Origin: Hypanus sabinus
Taxonomy: Eukaryota
Reading direction: 5' to 3'
Length of the DNA: 64,000 bases
Assembly: GCF_030144855.1 (NCBI RefSeq)
Contig: NC_082706.1
Coordinates: forward strand, 150,412,001 to 150,476,000
In this document: positions 11,708 through 24,284 of the stretch, one piece after another
Layout of the letters: each line of letters begins with the position of its first letter
How positions within the stretch are numbered: position 1 is the first letter of the stretch
Notes under the pieces: generated by a model
What the model saw: the letters and a program-made list of their open reading frames with translations, nothing else
What the model was told of the DNA's origin: nothing
Database searches by the model: none
Translations under genes and position numbers: made by a program

Positions 11708-11880
11708 TCAGCAGGTCAAGAAGCATCTACGGAAGAGAGTGAACAGTCGACGTTTCAGGCCAAGACCCTTCATCAGGACTGTTTACCCTTTTCCATAGAT
11801 GTTGCCTGACCTGCTGAGTTCCTCCAGCATTTTCTGTTTGTTGCTTGGATTTCCAGCATCTGCAGACTTCCTCTTGTTTT
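11708..11880. mobile_element. PLE-derived fold-back element with hammerhead at the apex
   Basis: 11708-11748 is an inverted copy of 11778-11820; the right arm runs to the family 3' end (ttccagcatctgcagacttcctcttgttt). Confidence 0.85.
11742..11783 (-). ncRNA. Minimal type I hammerhead ribozyme motif (PLE-type)
   Basis: Minus strand AACAGUC-CUGAUGA-AGGGUCUUGGCCU-GAAAC-GUC/GACUGUU: 7-bp stem I, intact CUGAUGA and GAAA core, GUC cleavage triplet, vestigial palindromic stem III (ACGU). Confidence 0.8.
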
Positions 11881-12313
11881 TGATGTTGTACAGTGGAATG
11901 TTTTTGCACAATTCTGAGAAAAATACTGCAGTCTGACCTAGACATTTCTGCAATAGCTGCTCCCCGTTTACAGATCCTTCTACCATATTGGGCTTGAACT
12001 GCTGGCTATCCCTTTGCACGAGTTTACACTTCAACAGCCATTGAGCTCTGAAGTGCTGCTTGCTACATTTAACTGTTCACCAGACTTGAAAATCATCTCG
12101 ACCTCTCAATTGCAGGAAGACTGTTCTGAAAACATCCTGGTTGTTTCAGCCACAAATCCTGCATCACATCCCAACACCATTTTTCTTTACATTTGTGGGA
12201 TTTGCACAATCCCAGAAGGCCAACATATAATTCCCAAATGTATTGGCTCTTGAGGAGGAGGTTGTAAGATGCATACCTAGACTACAACGGTGCTTTTGCT
12301 AAAGTTATTCCCA

Positions 12314-13109
12314 TGTTATGAAGGTACCACAGCTGTGAGGGGCTGAAGGAGCGGGAGCAGCCCCCTCCTTCCGGAGAATCGCAAGATCGCTATTAATTCG
12401 GGACTTGGAAGTGAGAGACAATGCAACTGTTTTGTCCATTTGTTCTTAGAGGCACCTGTGTCACGTGCATGTCCCGGCTACGTGACAACTACCATGAACC
12501 TGAACACCCTCGGGCCATGTGGGGGTGGAGATTGCATCCCCCTACTTTGATGGACAGCTACAACTCTGCAAGTAAAGATAAAAGCGGACTGCAGGAGGCA
12601 GTACCCTAGCGATGCACCAGAGGAACTTGCTCGCTCAACGCTCCCGTGAGAGCTGGAAGCCACTCAACGCCATGTGTGCTCCTAACTCCTTTGCCTGGGG
12701 AGCGGGTGGCTGATACTACCGAGAAGGACTTCGAACTAACAACGGGGAAAACAACGCTCCCCTGATTTTAATGGAGTGGTCATAAAGACACGGGCAAGTC
12801 TTCTTTTTGTTCTCACCAATCCCTCTAAGACACATGAAACCCAATGATTCCTCGAAAGGCTTCTGAATGACTCTTTATATTTCCAATGGACAAAAATATT
12901 ATCCCCTAGACAACAGCCGAGATTAATGATGATTATGACTATACCCATGCTTTAGATTGTGTATTGGTGATGTGCATTATCTGAATGTTTGCATTAACCT
13001 TACTTTTGTGCCCCTTTATAAATAAAAACGTTTGAAAATAGTGACATCAGACTTCAACGGACCTCTCTATCTTTGCTGGTAATTTCTCCAGTTACGGGAT
13101 TTCGTAACA
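12314..13109 (+). mobile_element. Solo LTR (796 bp) of an ERV or Gypsy element, 4-bp TSD
   Basis: TGTTATGAA...TTCGTAACA inverted termini; CCCA at 12310-12313 and 13110-13113; TATA-like GATAAAA ~12577; AATAAA at 13021; CpG-rich; appears to split an old CR1 RT remnant. Confidence 0.9.
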
Positions 13110-13329
13110 CCCATAGTAGAGCTGATATGGAATTTCAGAATTTTGACCCGAAGACTATAGTGCAGGGTATGTAGAGTACAATACGGGACTATAGAAAACT
13201 CAAAAAGCTATTTCTAGTTTATTCAAAGTTATTCTTAGATGAGCAATTTGCAACCATATTATCAAATACATCATACAGTTTTGTTTAACTTACATGTACT
13301 AAAGAGATGATGAAGTAACCAAGAGCAAG

Positions 13330-13842
13330 TGTAACTCAGAGAGGGTTTGTTCCCATGAACCTGGTGCTCTGTCAAATAATCCTTGCAAAATTGCAACACA
13401 TTTGGTAGATGGTATTGAAAATCAAAATTTCAGACCAAGCACAAAGATCAATACCTATGGGGCAGCAGTGATCTATAAACATATACTGCAGGCATCTTAA
13501 GGCATTGAAAGAAGTCAGATCCTCTATCCTGAACAGTGTTCTGGAAAGAGATTACTATTGGGATAGAGGAAAGGATTCAAGGATTTGCTCAAAGTCTACT
13601 TGAAGGAATGCATTATCACTTTGAACTCCTGCAATATCTGGACCAAAAGTTTTCAAAGTACAGAAGGAACATTCAAGCTGCTGCTGAAAACATCAAGCTA
13701 GAAGTGGAGCACCTCACAATTTACCTACCTGCCCAGAAGCTGAAGAGTTTACATTTCCTTCTCTGGCCACCACAGACCCTATTAAACTGAAGTAGAAGTA
13801 AGGCATCCTCAGTCCTGAGGAAGTGCCTAGGAAGGATGAGGA
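13330..13842 (+). mobile_element. Old RTE-clade LINE 3' fragment
   Basis: Degenerate RPSTKINTYGAAVI, RHLKALK and G.RKGFKDLLK motifs; 3' end resembles 8900-8965. Confidence 0.5.
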
Positions 13843-14086
13843 TAACACATTTAAAACAGGACATATAGAGTGTTGTGCCAAGATGTTAATAAACTTACTA
13901 TTGAACTGAACAGCATGGAAACAAGCCTATCAGCCCATCCTGTCTATGCCTTCTCCTATGCCTATCTTGTAGGAATGTCAACAAAAATTCAACATGAGTG
14001 TAATTACCTGTAACGTACACATTATTCCAACCAATGTCATATATATATATATATACATACACTCTATATATATCTAAATATATGAT

Positions 14087-14210
14087 AATCAGAATCAGAA
14101 TAATGTTTATTATTACCGGCAAGTGTCGTGAAATTTGTTAACTTAACAGCAGCAGTTTAATGCGATACATAATATACAAACATTTGTAGAAGAAGAAAAT
14201 AATATTAATA

Positions 14211-14243
<33 letters not shown>

Positions 14244-14322
14244 TTCATTGAATCTATTTATTACAGTATAGATATAATGGATAGATTAAAATCATGCAAA
14301 AACAGAAATAATATAAAAGAAG
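14087..14322 (-). mobile_element. Rex1/Babar-like 3' end, containing an (AATC)n microsatellite at ~14210-14241
   Basis: aatcagaatcagaa tail; inverted homologue of 14870-14953. Confidence 0.8.
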
Positions 14323-14953
14323 TGTGATCAGGCATAGCTCAAATACCATCTATAAATTTAATAACGATACAACCATTGTTAGTAGAATCTCAGATGGAGA
14401 CAAGAGGGTGTACAGGAGTGCGATATGCCAGCTACTGGAGTGGTGTCGCAGCAACAACCTTGTTCTCAACATCAGTAAGACGAAAGAACTGATTGTAAAT
14501 TTAATCGGCTCCATCTTGGGTATTAGCCTACAAGGTACCCAGGATATCTTCAAGGAGCGGTGTCTCAGAAGGCAGCATCCATTATTAAAGACCTCCAATA
14601 CCCAGGGCATGCCCTTTTCTCACTGTTACCATCAGGTAGGAGGTACAGAAGCCTGAAGGCACACACTCAGCGATTCAGGAACAGCTTCTTCCCCTCTGCC
14701 ATCTGATTCCTAAATGACATTGAACCCTTGGACACTACGTCATTTTTTAAAATATATATTATTTCTGTGTTTTGCACAATTTTTAATCTGTTCAATATAT
14801 GTATCCTGGATAAAGTATAATGAATAAGATTTACTTACTTATTTATTATTATTATTTTTTCTTCTATATTATGTGTTGCATTGAACTGCTGCTACTAAGT
14901 TAAAAAAATTTAACGTCATATGCTGGTGATAATAAGCCTGATTCTGATTCTGA
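14323..14953 (+). mobile_element. Rex1/Babar-like LINE 3' fragment with internal deletion
   Basis: IYKFNNDTTIVSRISDGDKRVYRS..WCRSNNLVLNISKTKELIV; tail cctgattctgattctga; closely related to 28310-29205. Confidence 0.88.
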
Positions 14954-14964
14954 TATAAGAAAAA

Positions 14965-17352
14965 AATGCCCCCAAAACATAATAATGTACAACATAACAC
15001 AAAATATACACAGCAAACTTAATCCTTAATAGTCTGGGTGAATTCTGCCTAATGAAATTAAGAAGTCCCTAACCCACCCCCAGAATTCACCTTAGCAGGA
15101 AAAGTCAAATGAGCAGGGGCCCACAAAACTCAGCCGCACCTACTCCTGCTTTCACAGGCAGGTGCCGGGTAGGAAGAGCAATCAATGTCAGAAGTCTGGA
15201 GGTGGAGGCCTGTCTCTCCACAGGGGCTATGCCACTTCCACTGGAGAGTCCTCGTCCAAATGGGCAGATCCACAGAAACACTGACCAGGATACCTCCAAA
15301 GTCCAGTGTAAAAAAACTTATCCCCCGCTTCCAACACACAGAACAGGCCATCGTAAGGCAGCTGATGTCCAGTATTTCATCTCCTGCAGGCCTGGCACAG
15401 GTGCGATAGCAGCAGGCCATGATGCGTCGTGGGCACCCGAGCAAAAGATTTGGTGCTGTCCATGAAAGGTGGCCTATCCTGCAAAGCGGACCACTGGACC
15501 ATGGATGTTGGGAGAAACGCTCCTGGCACCCACAAGGGTTATCTGAAAATGAGCTCTGCAAAACAGGATTGAAGGTCAAACTTTGGGGCTGTCCTCAGGC
15601 CCAACATGACGCATGGCAGTCTGTCCACCCTACCACCATCACTGAGGCATGAATGGAGAGCGGCTTTCATTGAACGGTGGAACCACTCGCAGACCGTTGG
15701 CCTGTGAGTGATAAGCCTTGGTCCAGTGCAATTTGACCCCCAGTTTACAGGCAACCGCACACCAAAGCATGACCATAAACTGTGTCCCTCGGTCTGAAGA
15801 GATTTCGGACGGGATGCCAAACCAAAAAAAGCTCACCCCACCTCCACAGCTGAAAGGGATGACAGTGGCACTGCCCCTGGCCAATGTATGGTCCCATCAA
15901 CGATGGTGAGGAGGTGAGTAAACCCATGGGACAGAGGCAACAGGCCAACCAATTCATGTAGTCAAAACACCGCTTAAAGACCGTGAAAGAAGTTAAAGGA
16001 GCCTTGGTGTGATGATGCACCCTCGCGCATTGAGAGGCCAAACAAGCACTAGCCCAGTCCCTGGTGTCTTACTTAAGTCTATGCCACACAAACATTTCTG
16101 TCACCTGTTTCTCTGATGCCATCCATCCCAGGTGAGAAAGCCCGGGGACCGCATCGCAAACGTGCTGCTGCCAGCTTGCTGGCACAACCGGCAAGGGTTG
16201 CCCCATTGGCACATCACACAGAATCGAAACGCCGCTCTCACCAAATGCAATGTCCACCAATTTCAACCCCGTGTCTGCTGAAAACAGCACCTGCACGCCC
16301 AAGTCTGAAACCTGGTCTGCCACCATCTGAGCATAATCCACACCCAAATGGACAGCAGCAGTGAAGGACCGGGAAAGGCAGTCAGCCACCAGGTTACGCT
16401 TCCCCGTGACATGCTGTATTTCTGTGGCAAACTCTGAAATAAAAGAAAGATGGTGCTGCAGTCCAGCAGATCAAGGTTCAGAGACATTAGCCATGGTGAA
16501 TGTTAGGGTCTCAAAACCAACAAAAGCTGTAAATGGATGGCCCTCCAGGAGAAAACAAGAATACCATACTGCCAAGTACAGGCCAAGAAGCTCATGGTCG
16601 AACGTGCTGTAATGACCTGCCGATGCAGACAACAGCTAACGGGCACCGGCCATTCTGTTTTCCTGACTCCTTGAACCCACAGGGTGTGCGATGCTTCTTT
16701 GCTCTCGGTCCAAATGCCACGTGGTAGAAACACAGGGTAGGAGACCATCACTGAGCCGCAACAATTTTCTCATGTTCAGGTGGCGGCAAGCTGGCAGAGT
16801 CATCCAGCCACATGGTCACACGGGCCCTCAGTAATGGAAAGCACCTTGTCAGTCTCTCACTAGAGCTCAAGCCAGAGCTGACCGCACCTCGCCTTGTAGT
16901 GGTTTGCAGGAAAAGCTCTCTGAAGATGAAACGTGACTGATATCCATCAAGAAGGGACAACATGTGGGCTATCAACTCTGACAACTTGGAGTCGTCTAAG
17001 CCAGGCAGTGAGAGAAGCTGACTCTGTGCTCAGACTCAGAAAGTTCAGAAGTCTCTAAAGGCAGTTGCTTAAGAGTCTTGTACCTGCCAACTGCCGGGGG
17101 TGGGGGGGGGGGGAGGGTGCTGTAGGATGCTCATCATCACCCTGGTCGCAATAGAGCTGTCAAACGCTATGTAGTAATATTTCATGTTGTCTTGTAAGAT
17201 TCCCTGCTCTGTGAACTGGGCCTCTGCCTGAGCGAACCAAATGGCGGCATGTTCCTGGCAGAATTCAGGGAGCTTGAGAACAACGGTGTTTGCAGTCATG
17301 ATTGTAAAACGAGCAAAATTACTCTGGAATCATCCGGAGGAGCATCGGGGTT
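14965..17352 (-). mobile_element. Degenerate Ty3/Gypsy LTR retrotransposon (gag, RNase H, integrase, PPT); protease-RT deleted
   Basis: gag VLKLPEFCQEHAAIWFAQAEAQF; RNase H STFDHELLGLYLAV and HVTGKRNLVADCLSR; integrase GIPSEISSDRGTQFM, HSQANGL, LPCVMLGLRTAPK; purine tract ~15073-15082. Confidence 0.9.
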
Positions 17353-20300
17353 TGCATTAATTCCACATTCCTCTATGCCTGGCTCTTTCAAGTACCTGTC
17401 AAGATACCTCTTAAATGTTCTTAAACATTGCTTCTTTAAGTATTGGAGCTGCAGTTGAGTGAATAGTATGCTCTTTGACCTCTTTTTATATTACATGAAA
17501 GGTCTTGAAATCTAGATAATTTCCCACATTGTGTCACGTGCACCGATGGTCCCAGCTGGGTGATTGCAGGTATTGGCAAAGACACTGGAGAGGCAAGGAT
17601 GGGAGTACAAATTTTGTCTTCCTGAGAGAGCACAGTATGCTCGTGCATGACAGAGCTGCTGCCAATTCCAATGGTTGATGCTTGGTCCATCACAGTTTTC
17701 TATATATAGAGATCGGATTCAACATTTCAAGTTGATGACCAATATGGTTATTGAAACATGACCTCTGTTGCTTTCTCCACAGCTACTGTATATTTCTAGC
17801 ACTGTAACTTCTAATTCATTTTCTATTACATCTGCTATAGTGTTCCTCTGTATTCAGAGCAATCTGTCGGAGGACAGATTGATGCACTCCTGTGATACAA
17901 TCCAAGATCTTTTCTCACTGTTATCTACAGCTATAACAGAAGTCAGAGCAGTTAGATATTGTGAAATTCATTTCATTAGTTTCAATGTACAGTAATTAAT
18001 TTTAGAGGCAGTGTTGGAGACACTGGAAATATTATGTGGCACATTTAGAATTATCAATCAGGGGTGAGATTCCAAGTGTGCATCATTCAAGTGAGTTAAG
18101 TATTTAAGGTAGATATTCAATGAAACTGGATTCTAGCAGAGATCTATGTGTATTGTAACATTGCAACATTACGACATTGCATACTTAGCACATCCAAGGA
18201 GAATAGATTTCTGTCCTTGGCAATAATAGTGAGGCAACACTCGTGCCAAATCACTTTGCATTTTGTTTAACATCTTAATGCGCATGCTCTGCATACTTTA
18301 AGCCTAAGAAGGTAACATAATTCACCTACTCAATAAGGACGCTGGTAAATTTCATGCAGAAGTATCTTTTTTGTACATCAGATGTATATTGAAAATAAAT
18401 GGGTACCTTTATTTAGTTTTTATGGGCCCTGAAAGTAACTAAATTAGCAGCTATTTCCATGAATGTTCTATCTTTCAGTAAGTTTAAAAGCAAGTGTTCT
18501 TTCTTGGTTACTCTGTGTGTTTTTATTCTGATATTGTGGTTATAAACACATTTATGTTGAAATTCTATATTTCTTTTCATTAAGATCTATTTCTTTTAGA
18601 TAGAAGCTTATAGAAAAATTGTATTTTGCTCAACTCAGAAAGTCCAGCATCCATTGCAACATTTACAAAGTATTACATTATACCTTCTGCAGTCCTTTGT
18701 TGTTAATGGGTGTTCATGGACTATTTCACTCAAAAGTACATTCATTTTTTTTTTCATAATGTGTTTTCACACAAGTTATGGACTGTATACTTCTGTCGGA
18801 TTTTAAATGTCAGGGAATTGATGGGTTCTATTAATGTTCAAGGGTACATATAAACTCTCATAAATTACTCAGTAAACTATGAAACACTCATGCATAAATT
18901 GTACATGGAAACCTTTATGAAGATACAAAAATAATCTGTAATCAATTTACTCGAGAAATGAAATCTGTATTAGTGCATTTGCAAAAAATTGCTCTTTTTT
19001 GTGTACCAGATTACATGTTGAGTCAGATTTAATATATTTGATTAATAGTGCAAGCTGATGCAATCTGCTTGTTGGAGAAACATGTCATTGTGGCAACCAC
19101 AAATAAATATAGTCAATGAACTTCAAATACCTATAAATCAAGTTTAATGTAAATTTCAATTTATACTGAGGACCAGTATGCAGAGGCCAACCTATAACAG
19201 TTGATGTACTGTACTTTCTGTTATTTCATATATATTCCATGAGAGGAGGTTGATAGGTTGAGGATTATTAGTCTGATGGTTAATTGAAACTCCTTGATTT
19301 GCATCCACCACAGGACACATGCGAAAAAAGAAAATAACACAAAGTAACGAGGATTGACTAAGTCAAGTGCTGGCTGTTTGCTTCAGATGAGTCAGTTGTG
19401 AAAGTCCTGATAGCCCTTGGAATTCTCAGATCAGTCTGACAAGCCAGTGAGCCTAAAGTCTTTGCCTGCCATATTGTTCAGACCAAGCCAAATATGTTTG
19501 ATGAATCTATATATTACTGTAAATAGAACACCTTCCCATCCCAATACAACTCTTCCTCTGTGGTAACCACTGTGACTTCCTTTACATTTTGTTTCTCTTT
19601 CACCTAAAGGCACAACTTCAGAGGAGTGATGTAGTCTTTTTTTTAACTTTCAAAGCTCAAATGTGGAAGTTCTGAATCACATACAAATGCTGTCAATTTG
19701 TTTAATGACAAGTTGAACTTCAATACTGTTCAACTTCCTGGGGCTTAGTGGCTAAACTATTAACTTGTGACCTCTGAAAATATCAAATATTGTTCCTTTT
19801 CTGAAGTTGGATGACCTATAGGGCATAACCTTCAATTTTTGTTTTTAAATGATTGGCTCACTTGGCTTTTAAACTCCTACTATATATCCAAACACATAAA
19901 ACCAGCAGTCATCTAAAGAATAAGGTGGTATTTTATTACCATGGACCTTTTATGGTTTTGTTTTTCAGAGCCATATCAAACATTTTGTCTGGAGGAAATA
20001 ACTCAATATGTACAAAAAGATGCAGTGGGACAGAGTCCATGTTTTGTTATTTGATGACCCCCATCCCCCAGAATGAGGGCTAATCACAATATGATCCACT
20101 GTATCACTCCAACATGGTCCAGGCAGTTTTATATGTTCTGTGGCAGTAATTTCATTTCATTATGGGCTGCAGTGAATCTCAAGGAAGTGGATATCAGCAT
20201 CCTGTTCATATTAATAAATATCAAGACTATGCTTTGACTTCTTACACTAAAAGCTTACATCATCTAAGAGGACAATACCTTATAAACATAGTTTGCTGAT

Positions 20301-20999
20301 TGATTTCTCCAGTAGGTTTCACATGAAGATGCAAATATGAAGATTACACATGTTGGGAGTATTAATATACATTGATTCCATTTACTTAACACAACACCAG
20401 GAAGAACACCTGCAATTACAACACTGATAATTTTATTAATAGCCAGATATATTCTGTTGTATTTTGGTGAAGGGCATTCAATGAGTGATGTTGCAATTTG
20501 GTGCGGAATACTGAACTGTTCTATCTACAATACTGCAGATTTGGCCAAAGTCTGATAAATGTAAATTTTGTGCTGCCTTTAAGTGGGTTCCACATGCACA
20601 TTTTTATTGAAGAAGTGGAGAGGAGTTAGCTCAGCCAAAGCTTTGGTTGACTGGAGTCTCCCTGCCCCAACTTACATAACTATTACCATTCTGTCTCTGA
20701 CCTGAATCAGCTACATTAGATTCCAATTTACTAAGCACTAGGAGCAGCTCATAGAATAAGAGAATGGTGTGCCATTTTTGGCTACATCACTCTACGATCA
20801 TGGTTAATTGCCTGTCGTTAAAGGTGAGAAAGTAATAGCAATTCCTGCACAGATTGCCGTACAATGTTTAATCACAAATGTGCGTCTCCATAATGAAGCT
20901 TCCTACATTAATAAAGCTGCACTTTCAGGCTGCCTTTTTGCTCTCTGTCCAAGAAAAAGGAAAGAAATTGTGTTCTACTTGATTGTAAGCCTCACTATC

Positions 21000-21955
21000 A
21001 TTGGTCAAACAAAGTTGGTGACATATCAGCATGTAGGAGAGAGATTGAGTGGTGCCACAACAATAACCTTTTACTCAATGTCAGCAAGACCAAGGAACTG
21101 AGCACAGGGTTCAGGAAGAGGAAACCAGAGGTCCATAAGCCAGTCCTCTTCGGGGGAAATCAGAGGTGGAGAGGTGGAAATTTCTCTGTGTTATCATTTC
21201 AGAGGACTTGTCCTGGGTCCAGCATGTAAGTGCAATTACAAAAAAAGCATGACAGCACCTCTATTTTCTGAGAGGTTTGCAAAGATTCGGCAGGACATCT
21301 AAAACTTTGAAAAACTTCTATAGATGCGAGGTGAATTGACTGGATGCATCACAACCTGGTATTGAAACACACCACAGCCTCACATAGATGCACAAATGTC
21401 CTTGAAAAGAAAATCCTACAAAAGGTAGAGAATGCGATCCAGTCCATCTCAAATAAAGCTGTCCCCACCATTAACACATCTACTGTGCATAGAATGTTGT
21501 CGGAGGAAAGCAGCATCCATCATCAGGGATTCTCACTACTCAGACCATGCTCTCTTCTCACTGCTGCCATCAGGAAGAAGGTACAGCATCCTCAGGAACA
21601 GTTATTACCCCTCAGTCATCAGGCTCTTGAACTAAATGGGATAACTCCACTCAACTTCACTTTCCCCATCATTGAAATATTCCCACAACCTTCTCTTTCA
21701 AGGTCTCTTCATCTCATGTTCTTGATACTTATTGCTTATTTATTTATAATTATTATTATAATTTTTATTTTGTATTTGCAGTTTGTTGTTTTTTGCACAC
21801 TGGTTGTCAGTCTTATTGTGGCCTTTCATTGACTTTATTATGGTTATTATCTGATCATTAATTTTTTGAGTATGCCTGCAAGAAGACAAATCTCAAAGTT
21901 GTATATAATGGCATATATGTACTTTGATAATAAATTTACTTTCAACTTTGAACTC
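21000..21955 (+). mobile_element. Rex1/Babar-like LINE 3' fragment
   Basis: WCHNNNLLLNVSKTKEL, RRKAASIIRDSHYSDHALFSLLPSGRRYS; tail actttcaactttgaact. Confidence 0.85.
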
Positions 21956-22269
21956 TGTCACTTTAGAAATGCAAGGGTATGTGGCAAATTGAGAGATAAG
22001 GCTGATGTCTGTTAGACTGCCATGAAATCATCCACAGACAAAGGAACGGGAGGTCATGGGACCCTGGGACCTCAACCACCATTCTGCCCATCTCAGTAAT
22101 TGGTGATTTGACTGCAGCAAGTGGCACATCTTCATCAATGACCTTTTTTGAAGAAGTGCCGCAGTAGGATACATAGCATTGCTGTTCAATTGGGTTCATG
22201 CATGACCTGTGCTCCCGACAATACCTGCTGACTCAGGTTTTGGGACCTAGGCATCCAAATCCATGGGAA

Positions 22270-22890
22270 AACAGGTTAGTAAGATGTTGAAGAAAGCATA
22301 TTGCACACTTGGATGAGTCTTAGAATATGAGGCCTTTTATTTCAAATTTACAAAAAAGCTGTTTAGGCTGCACTTGGAGAAATGTGTACAGTTCTGGTTA
22401 TTGAACCATATGAAGGATCTAACTGAACTGGAGAAAATGCAAAAGAGATTTACCAAGATGCTACATCATTATAGGGAGAGACTGGATATGTTGAGCTTGT
22501 TTTTGCTGCAGCAAAAGATGCTGAGGGCTGATCTGATGGAAGAATATAAGATTATGAGAGGCATAGATGGGTAGATAGTCAAAATATTTTACTCAAAATT
22601 GTTTTATTAAAAGATATCCAAAGAAGAGGGCATAGGTTTAAGGTGTGATGTAGCAAATTTAAAGAGAATCTAAAGGGTGACTCTTTTAAGGCAGTTGTTA
22701 TTTGGAATGCACTACCAGAGAAAATGATGTTCTTTATCAGGTATTTAGACAGACACTTACATAGTCAAGGTTTAGAAAGATGTGGTCATGGTGCAAGCAA
22801 ATAGAATTAGTGTAGATGAACAAAATGTTGACAAAAGTGTGGTCAGCTGGAGGACCGGTTTATGTATCATACAGTTCTATGACTCTATAG
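22270..22890 (+). mobile_element. CR1 LINE 3' fragment
   Basis: LEKCVQFW..LEKMQKRFTKM..LRADLMEEYKIMRGID; tail ttctatgactctat. Confidence 0.85.
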
Positions 22891-23814
22891 GTTTATGACT
22901 AGGCTCTGCTGATAGGGATAGTCTCTTCCTCCTTCTTTTGTCTCTTCAGCCATGATAATGTTGAAAAATGGGGTAGGCCTGAGGATCTGAGTAACTACTC
23001 TTCTCCTACTTTCCTATGTTCTTATGAATCATAGGCTTGAAGTCACCAGTGCCCATTCCTCTTACATATGGTGCGAGTGTAGAAATATATTGCCAAGTAA
23101 ATCAAGATTGGTAAAGATTCCAAAGTTCTAAAGAATCTTCTGATAAAATCAATACACATAGTGATGAAGGAAAATTTGCAACACGGCTTAATATCATAAC
23201 CTTCATCTTGAACTCTTATTTCATTCACCTTAAGTGTTCATTAGCACCAGAAACATTTCTAGAAAATTGCTCCCTTCTGAATTTTTGTACTTTGTAGAGA
23301 AATTTTTACTGATTTTATTTCAGTAAATGCTCATGCAAAAAAATTGTTAGTTGCTAGAAAATGTAGATTACTTATACAAACTGCATCATAAAGAAGGCAG
23401 TTTGGCTCTTGTTTCTCTCAGACAAACTCTAAATAAAACTGATAACAGATGGCTTGTTACTAGTCTAATCTAACTCTTGCTGTGTTAACATAGTGGCTGT
23501 TATGAGTAAAATTTTCCATCAAGAGAGCAGACTGTGACCTGCTTAACTTTACATCAATTCTACGTATGCTGGGGCTATTTAGAGATCAGGTGTTCATGAT
23601 CAAATTTTACAATCAGAAAGAGCATGGAAAGAATGCAAACTGACACCATTACATTCAGAGTAAATATTGTGAGATTTTAACAGTAGCATAAATTTAGCAT
23701 CTGAAATAAACTGAATAACACATGCAGAGAAGTGCAAAGCACTAGGGTGTCTTGCCAAATTCAAGGTAGAATAGAAACCTTGAAGGCCTGGGTTTGCTGA
23801 CAACACTACACTGA

Positions 23815-24284
23815 TTGACCTAATCTCACATAATAATAAGGCAGCCTACAGAGAAGAATTCATCACCCTGACACAGTGGTGTCAAGAAAACAACCTCTCC
23901 CTCAATTTTTCAAAAATACAGGAGATGGTCGTGGACTACAGGAGGAATGGAGACAGGCTAACCCCTATCAACATCACTGGATCTGCGGTTCAGAGGGTGA
24001 ACAGTTTTAAGTTCCTCAGCATAAACATCACCGAGGATCTCACATAGTCTGTACATACCGGCTGTGTGGTGCAAAAGGCACAACAGTGCCTCTTTCACCT
24101 CAAACAGTTAAAGAAGTTTGAGTATGGATCCCCAAATCCTAAGAACTTTCTACAGCGGCACAATTGAAAGCATCCTGACTGGCTGCATCACTGCCTGGAA
24201 TGGGAACTGTACTTCTGACAATCACAGGACTCTGCAGAGAGTGGAGCGGACAGCCCAGCACATTGGTAGATGTGAACTTCCCAC
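23815..24284 (+). mobile_element. Rex1/Babar-like fragment (resumes at 26149-26190 after a CR1 insertion)
   Basis: WCQENNLSLN, ILRTFYSGTIESILTGCITAWNGNC; continuation aatcaggacatttgcaaagac after the CR1 tail. Confidence 0.85.

Noticed and set aside
19383-19410. cagatgag..gaaagtc hammerhead-like motif
   Set aside because: Core mismatch (CAGA instead of CUGA) and no stem II
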